A stretch of DNA of 64,000 nt, taken from Candidatus Latescibacterota bacterium. GTDB lineage: Bacteria > Latescibacterota > UBA2968 > UBA8231. Positions within the stretch are counted from its first letter, which is position 1. Each line of letters opens with the position of its first letter. The stretch is from the NCBI GenBank assembly GCA_963422735.1, contig OY730476.1, positions 2,656,001 to 2,720,000 on the forward strand. The letters run 5' to 3'. Positions 58,195 to 64,000 of the stretch are shown in pieces. The notes below the pieces were generated by a model. That model ran no database searches, was not told the origin of the DNA, and was given only the letters and a program-made list of their open reading frames with translations. The position numbers and the translations under genes were made by a program.

Positions 58195-60174
58195 ATGATC
58201 ACCAACTCCCCCGTACTACGACCACGGTACGGCCTATTTGCCCTTCTAATTCTGGGCGCGGCCTGCGCCCAAGACCCCGACGAAGCCTTAGAAAAACACC
58301 TCCGCCTCACCCGCCAAAACCCCACCGCACCGCCCGCTTACTACAACTTGGCCGTGGCCTATACGCAAGCCGGCCGCTACGACGAAGCCCAGCGCAACTA
58401 CGCCAAAGCACTCGACCTCGATCCAAACTACGCCCGCGCCCACGATGGCTTGGGGCTTTTGGCCCAGCGGCGCGGTGCCTTGGACGAGGCCGCCGCCCAC
58501 TTTCAAAAAGCCCTTGGCCTCGACTCCACCTTGGCTGCGACGAGCAATAATCTGGGCAATATTCACTACCAGAAAGGAGCCTTGGAAAAAGCGGCAGCCG
58601 CGTATCAAGCGGCCGTGCGCCAAGCCCCAGAGCACATTGCGTTCTACATCAATCTCGCCCGCGCCCTGCGCGATCTGCGAGAATTCGACCAAGCGGTAGC
58701 CGCCCTGTTGCGGGCCGTTGACCTCGACCCATTTTCCCGAGAAATCCACGCGGCCTTAGGCCATCTTTACGCCGAAGATTTGCGCGTTGAAGCCGCGGTA
58801 GCCGCCTACGGCGAGGCCCTCCGCATCGCGCCCAGTGCCGACCTCCACATCCGCTTGGGAGATGTCTATACCCGCGTTGAAAAATTGGACGAGGCGGTCC
58901 ACGAGTACGAAAGTGCCATAGAATTGGACGGGGACAACGCCGAAGCTCGTTATAAGTTGGGGGCCCTCTATACCACCCAGCAGCGCATCCCCGAAGCAGT
59001 GACCTTGGCCGAAAAATCCATCGCACTAGATTCGACTCAGACGGCGGCCCTGCAGCTCTTGTCGCGACTATATGCCAACCAAGGCTTCTATGACAAGGCC
59101 GAAAAATCCCTGCTGCAAGCCATTGAAGTGGATTCCAACTTGATGGAAGCTCGTAGCGAACTGGGGGGCCTCTACATCCGCCAAACCCAGTACCAAAAGG
59201 CCGAAGCCATCTTAAAAGAAGCCGTGGCAATGGATCCGCAGCACGGCGAATCTTGGCGCCAATTGGGTCTGCTCTATAGCGAGTTGAAGCGTCCCGAAGA
59301 AGCAGCCAAGATGCTGCGCCAAGTTCTCGCAATCAATCCCTTGCACCCGGAAGCCCTATATAATTTAGCCAATGTCTTACTCGCTCTTGGTCAAGCGACC
59401 GAGGCCGAGCGCCTACAAAACCGCTTTGAACGCCTCGTGCGCCTCCACAACCACATCAACCAGCTACAGCAGACTCTCGACGCCGCCCCTGCCAACGCCA
59501 AAGCCCGCTTGCGTCTGGCTCGCGCTTATCTCGCGCTCCGACAGTGGGAAAAGGCCGAAGCCCAGTACCGTTTGCTGCTCTCCTTTGTGCCCACCCATTT
59601 GGAGGCGCGTCTCCAACTAAGCGGCCTCTATGCCCAGCGCGGCAAACTCGCTAGCGCACTGCGGGTATGCCAAGAGGCCCTAGCGCACAGCCCCCCGGAC
59701 TCTGCCCTCTATAAAATTTACTTTGCGCTCGGTCATCTCTACCACGCACAGGGGCGTATCGAGGAGGCCGAGGCCGCCTTAGAACGCACGTTGGCTCTAG
59801 AGCCGGCCCATGCGCAAGCCTATAATAATCTGGGTAATCTCCACCTAGAAAAGAACGATCTCCAACAGGCGGCAACAGCCTACCAAAAGGCGCTTGAGGT
59901 AGCACCCAACTTTGCCGAGGCTCACTACAATTTGGGCCGCCTCTACGCCCAACAGAAGGCCCGTGCTAAGGCCGTACGCCAGTACCAAGCCGCCCTGCGT
60001 GCGGATTCTACCTACGCCAGAGCGCATTATGCGCTTGGCGTGTTCTATCAAGAGGCGTCCCAGCCCCGCCAAGCCATTCGCGCCTACAAGCATTTTCTCG
60101 CGCAGTGGCGGGGCGATCCCCGCCTAACTCAAGCCGCCCAAAAGGCATTAGCCCAACTTGCAGATCCTCAATAA
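58195..60174 (+). CDS. Tetratricopeptide repeat protein, probable lipoprotein
   Basis: AGGAG RBS, LGAAC lipobox-like motif, many TPR units (AYYNLA, AYNNLG, AHYNLG). Confidence 0.92.
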   Translation: MITNSPVLRPRYGLFALLILGAACAQDPDEALEKHLRLTRQNPTAPPAYYNLAVAYTQAGRYDEAQRNYAKALDLDPNYARAHDGLGLLAQRRGALDEAAAHFQKALGLDSTLAATSNNLGNIHYQKGALEKAAAAYQAAVRQAPEHIAFYINLARALRDLREFDQAVAALLRAVDLDPFSREIHAALGHLYAEDLRVEAAVAAYGEALRIAPSADLHIRLGDVYTRVEKLDEAVHEYESAIELDGDNAEARYKLGALYTTQQRIPEAVTLAEKSIALDSTQTAALQLLSRLYANQGFYDKAEKSLLQAIEVDSNLMEARSELGGLYIRQTQYQKAEAILKEAVAMDPQHGESWRQLGLLYSELKRPEEAAKMLRQVLAINPLHPEALYNLANVLLALGQATEAERLQNRFERLVRLHNHINQLQQTLDAAPANAKARLRLARAYLALRQWEKAEAQYRLLLSFVPTHLEARLQLSGLYAQRGKLASALRVCQEALAHSPPDSALYKIYFALGHLYHAQGRIEEAEAALERTLALEPAHAQAYNNLGNLHLEKNDLQQAATAYQKALEVAPNFAEAHYNLGRLYAQQKARAKAVRQYQAALRADSTYARAHYALGVFYQEASQPRQAIRAYKHFLAQWRGDPRLTQAAQKALAQLADPQ

Positions 60175-60240
60175 GTCCATTTAGGTAATGATCATTCCTC
60201 TACCACTCTACTTTGTTGCAACGAGAAAACCGAAAAAGAA

Positions 60241-60680
60241 ATGAGGCTAGCAATAAAAACAGCATACGCCGGTATTTTATTGGTCGCGCTGCTGGCCACC
60301 CAGAGCGCAGCGTTTTCTCAAACCGAGTTTCACCTTCAGTACGGCAAACACAAGAGTCCATTCTCGGCAGCCGCACAACAGACCTTTGTATTTACTGTGC
60401 AACAGGCTGCAGGATGGAAATGGAGGATGGCTCCTTCTTTATCGACTACCTCAATGACGACTCCCGCGGCGGCTTCAACGACCGAGATTTCTATGCCGAG
60501 AGGTATCCAACCCTGAGTTTCGGCAGGCTGACCAACAAGGAATTGCGCGTCGGCCCCATTCGGGATTTTTCCCTGATTGCCGGGATCAACGTCGGCGGCG
60601 ACTCCAAAGTAGTGAAGCACCTGCCCGGTCTGCGGGCCTCTTGGGACCTGCCGGGATTTCTGTTTCTAAATACGGGACCT
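60241..60680 (+). pseudogene. Tsx/OmpK-like nucleoside channel, frameshifted and truncated
   Basis: Signal peptide, FTVQQAAGWKW, then frameshift near 60422 to FFIDY..FYAE..PTLSFG..LPGL..SWDLPGFLFLN. Confidence 0.65.
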
Positions 60681-60922
60681 GATGTAGCGTCTGGCCGCCC
60701 GTCCGTCGTCATGTCCTCGGAGGCGTGACATGCAGACTCAGCGCGTCCGGCGGATCGATGGGACCAGTCCGGGTTCTCGAAGCCTGCTGGTCTTGCTTCT
60801 GCAAGGGGAGCCGCGGCGGACTCAAATGAGGCCGGGAGGGAGGCCCATCCGCTTGGACATGAGCCGCAAGCGGTCTTAAGGTGCGTACCGTCAGTATATA
60901 ATTTTGATTTTATCAATGTCCT

Positions 60923-63025
60923 CTAATCGCCTACCCATCCCCCAATTCCCAAGCGCCAAGTGCGGCCCGGAGCAGGTTCAAAGAAGCGGCCTCCAAAGGC
61001 GTTGGGAACCACCGAGCCATTGTACTGGGCACCAAACAGGTTCTCGACCGAGACGAAGGCCCTTGTTGCGCGATAGTCGATCCCCAAGCGCAGATCCACC
61101 CGCAGGTACGCGCGGTTGAAAAACTCGTCGAGCGAAGCGTCGCTTTGGGGCGGAGGGCCGTTGGAATCGTTGGCCCAGTAGCGACCGACCCGCTCTAATT
61201 CGACCTCGGTAAACAAACCCTGTGGACTCTCGTAGCTCAGCGCGGCGAAGAGCCGGTGGCGCGGCACACCCGGCACCTCGTTGCCAGCAAGCTGAGCAAG
61301 TTCACCGGCGTCTCCGTCCTCGACCTCGTAGTCCTCGAAAACATAGTCGCCAAAGGTGTACGCGAGGGCGGCCCGTAGCCCGGGGAGCGGCACCGCTGTG
61401 AGCGAGAGTTCCATCCCGCGGTTGCGCGCTTGGCCGGCGTTGCGGAAGTAAATCTCCTCGCTGTCTGGACTCTCGACCTGAAAGGGAATGAGCGCATCGG
61501 CGATCTGGAGTTGGTACAGGGCCACTGCCAGATTCAAGCGCGCCCGGCGCACATGGCGGCGCAATCCCGTCTCCAGCCCGAGGACGCGCTCAGGGCCTAG
61601 AGCCGGGTTGAAGCCGCCCTCGCCGCCGGGCCGGTTGCCCAACTCAGAGGTGGTGGGGGTCTGGAAGGCCGTGGCAACATGGGCGTACCAGCGGAAGAAG
61701 GGGTCGAGGCGGTACACCACGCCCGCCATCGGACTGAACTGGCCCATGTCGCGTGCGTGGTCGGCCACGACAAAGCGATAGCGATCGTAGCGACCGCCGA
61801 CGGTCGCCGTCAGCGCGGCCCCCAAGTCTTGCTCCAAGGAGACAAAAGGGCCGAAGCTCCGCACCTGTTCCTCTTGATCTACTTGGCTATCGCCGTATTG
61901 CACGAGCGAGAAGACGCGCTCGTCGGCCACGCGGTCGCCTTCGGGCAGGCCCTCGTTGGCGAACTCGCGGCGGTCGTCGCGCTGGAAGTCCACATCGAGG
62001 CCGGTCACAAGGCGAGTACCGGCCCAAGAAAGTTGGTGCTCGGTGCGCAGGCCGCCAGCGCGGCGGTCGAGCTCGACAATGCGGCCTGGGATGGGGTTTT
62101 TGAGCGCACGGCCAACGCCGTACAGCACGAGGCTCGACGTGCGGTGGTGCGGCGCGTGTGGCGGACGATATTCGAGACGAATGCCGGCTTGGCCTTGGCG
62201 AACCTGTTTGGCTGCCCCCTGCCCCACCACGAATCCGCGCACACTGCGCGGGCGGGTGCGGGCGGCGGGCGCGTCGAGCGAACTCGGATTGAACAAATAA
62301 GGGGCATCGTATAAATGCAGCAGGAGCGTCAACTCAGTATGGGGGGTGAGGGCGTGGCCAACGTGCGCGTTGAGGCCGCGGGCGCGGGCATCGGCGTGGT
62401 CGCGGTAGCCTTCGCTGCGCAGGTCGTACAAGCTGGCGAACACGTGGGTGTTAGCGGCTTGGCCTGAAAGGCTCGTCTGTGCGCGGAACAGGCCATTGCT
62501 GCCGGCGATCAAGCGCGGCTCCACGCGCCAAGTAGCCTCTGCCGGAGCTTGGGTGTGGGCCGCGAGTACGCCGCCGCCCGCATTGCCGTACAGCGAAGAG
62601 CTGGGGCCTCGCAGGATCTCGATGCGGCCCGTTGACCCCAAGTCGAGGTTGTTGAGCTGGCTCTGCCCGTCGGGCATGGTCAGGGGGATGCCGTCGAGCA
62701 AGACCTTGACCCCGCGGACGCCAAAAGCTGCGCGCGCTCCTAGGCCGCGCACGCTGAGCCGATCGCCTTGGGAAAAATTGTGGCGGTTGGCGACAAACAG
62801 CCCGGGCACCGGCCGCAGCGACTCGGCGAGTGAGAGCCCGGGCCGCGCACGCCCAACATCCGCGACCACGGCCGTGGCGAGCGGCAGGTCAAATCCCTCG
62901 CGGGGGGCACGCGTCGCCGTGACTTCGGTGGGGGGCAGTTGGTAGCGGGGTGTAGGATCGTCGGCGCGGGCAGCTATGGCGATCATGACTGGCGCTAGGC
63001 ACTGGATTAACTTGTTTTTTTTCAT
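60923..63025 (-). CDS. TonB-dependent receptor, YncD/PqqU-like
   Basis: LSVRGLGARAAFGVRGVKVLLDGIPLTMPDGQSQ plug, IEILRGPSSSLYGNAGGG, FEPAPGR. Confidence 0.92.
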   Translation of the reverse strand: MKKNKLIQCLAPVMIAIAARADDPTPRYQLPPTEVTATRAPREGFDLPLATAVVADVGRARPGLSLAESLRPVPGLFVANRHNFSQGDRLSVRGLGARAAFGVRGVKVLLDGIPLTMPDGQSQLNNLDLGSTGRIEILRGPSSSLYGNAGGGVLAAHTQAPAEATWRVEPRLIAGSNGLFRAQTSLSGQAANTHVFASLYDLRSEGYRDHADARARGLNAHVGHALTPHTELTLLLHLYDAPYLFNPSSLDAPAARTRPRSVRGFVVGQGAAKQVRQGQAGIRLEYRPPHAPHHRTSSLVLYGVGRALKNPIPGRIVELDRRAGGLRTEHQLSWAGTRLVTGLDVDFQRDDRREFANEGLPEGDRVADERVFSLVQYGDSQVDQEEQVRSFGPFVSLEQDLGAALTATVGGRYDRYRFVVADHARDMGQFSPMAGVVYRLDPFFRWYAHVATAFQTPTTSELGNRPGGEGGFNPALGPERVLGLETGLRRHVRRARLNLAVALYQLQIADALIPFQVESPDSEEIYFRNAGQARNRGMELSLTAVPLPGLRAALAYTFGDYVFEDYEVEDGDAGELAQLAGNEVPGVPRHRLFAALSYESPQGLFTEVELERVGRYWANDSNGPPPQSDASLDEFFNRAYLRVDLRLGIDYRATRAFVSVENLFGAQYNGSVVPNAFGGRFFEPAPGRTWRLGIGGWVGD

Positions 63026-63086
63026 AGCATTATCAAAGAACACCACGAAGAAATACAAACGCAAACTAAAGAGTTGGGGCTAAGCC

Positions 63087-63533
63087 ATGAGCATTGGGAT
63101 CGCACTGGTGCTGTTGCTGGGCGGATGCTTTGCCTCGGAGGACGGGCCGAGCGGCGAGGTGGATGTGCTGCACAGCGAAGTGGCGTTTGTGGAGGACGAG
63201 GGACTAGAGGGCAGCGTATTGATCGACAGCTTGACTTGGTGGCCGTTTTTGCCGCAGCGAGGATTCGGGGAAACAGTAGAATTCGAGGGGGTGTTTGCGG
63301 CCGTGTTTCGCAATGTCGGGGAAACAACCGTGTGGGTGCGCTACGACTTGCGATTTTTCGACCAAGAGGAATTTCTAATCGACGCGTTTATACCGCTTGG
63401 GCAACCGGTAGTTCTCAGTGCCGGGGAAGAGCAACGCGTGGAGGGAGATTTTTTAATTCGCACCGACGACCCGCGCGATTTTGATCGGCTCTCCCTGATG
63501 AGGCTCGTAGCGCGCATCAGGCGACCCGAGTAG
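63087..63533 (+). CDS. Hypothetical lipoprotein
   Basis: LLLGGC lipobox; beta-rich 148-aa ORF divergent from the receptor. Confidence 0.65.
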   Translation: MSIGIALVLLLGGCFASEDGPSGEVDVLHSEVAFVEDEGLEGSVLIDSLTWWPFLPQRGFGETVEFEGVFAAVFRNVGETTVWVRYDLRFFDQEEFLIDAFIPLGQPVVLSAGEEQRVEGDFLIRTDDPRDFDRLSLMRLVARIRRPE

Positions 63534-63664
63534 GGGCAATCCTCGTGGTTGCCTTCTTGTGGTTACCCTTTGTTTAAAAGCCATATCATATATGCCACCG
63601 ACCCGCGTAGGGACGGGTCCCTACGCGGGTCTAGACAGCGGGCGACCACAAGGGTCGCCCCTTC
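63530..63664. repeat. GTAG-type REP cluster
   Basis: GTAGGGGCAATCCTCGTGGTTGCC, perfect 15-bp-stem hairpin at 63600-63631, inverted GGGCGACCACAAGGGTCGCCCC. Confidence 0.75.
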
Positions 63665-63702
63665 TAGCCAAGGAGCCTGTCTTGGGATATATAAGATTTC
63701 CC

Positions 63703-64000
63703 TCAAAACGCCACGAACCCCCCGCACACGGGAATGCACTGACCAGTGACGTAATCCGAAAGGTCGGACGCCAAAAATTCCACCACCCGAGCGCAGTCTT
63801 CGGGCGTCCCCAAGCGGCGGAGGGGAATCTCCGGCTCTAGGCGATGGCGCGATTCCTCGCTGTTGCGGCCTTGGGCCACGGCGCGGGAAGACAAAATTAG
63901 ACCCGGGGCGATGCAGTTGACGTGGATGCCACAAGGGCCTAGCTCGGCGGCGAGCACCCGCGTGTAGTGGACGATGCCGGCCTTGGCCACCTTGTAGGGC
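63703..64000 (-). CDS. Short-chain dehydrogenase/reductase, C-terminal part (runs off window end)
   Basis: YKVAK (YxxxK), VNCIAPG, IPLRRLGTPED, YVTGQ. Confidence 0.92.
   Translation of the reverse strand, partial: PYKVAKAGIVHYTRVLAAELGPCGIHVNCIAPGLILSSRAVAQGRNSEESRHRLEPEIPLRRLGTPEDCARVVEFLASDLSDYVTGQCIPVCGGFVAF

Noticed and set aside
60680-60915. Possible mobile element end or ncRNA truncating the Tsx-like gene
   Set aside because: No terminal inverted repeats, target duplication or recognisable RNA motif could be supported.

Overview
A moderately GC-rich bacterial window with no rRNA, tRNA or CRISPR array. The gene content (many CRTAC1/UnbV, TPR, FlgD-Ig, luciferase-like and PhyH-type genes, plus short TAVE..WG..K C-terminal tails) resembles Latescibacterota/Poribacteria/Gemmatimonadota-type FCB bacteria; that placement is an inference. 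Bases 1-4 kb hold the end of accA, an oxidoreductase, queF and decayed defence remnants. Bases 4-18 kb hold two paralogous TonB-dependent receptors flanking a CarH/LitR-associated fatty-acid modification operon (desaturase, UfaD-like, DUF1365/UfaO-like, two Cfa-type methyltransferases, DUF1295) and a fasciclin gene whose promoter carries a readable 11-bp-repeat operator. Bases 18-25.5 kb hold catabolic enzymes, a doubly inactivated restriction-modification pair and gene fragments. The most notable region is 25.7-60.2 kb, a cell-envelope locus of mostly uncharacterised genes. It has three paralogous secreted discoidin-like proteins with TPNxDGVN/FlgD-Ig C-terminal domains, two tandem ~950-aa paralogues with possible barrel ends, and one separately expressed secreted protein ending in a short putative sorting tail. 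It also has a double-parvulin foldase, a GT-C-like membrane protein, LRR, TPR and CRTAC1 proteins and two membrane transport-like proteins. This locus is the best candidate for an undescribed secretion, surface-display or uptake system. All product calls come from motif recognition only; no searches were run.
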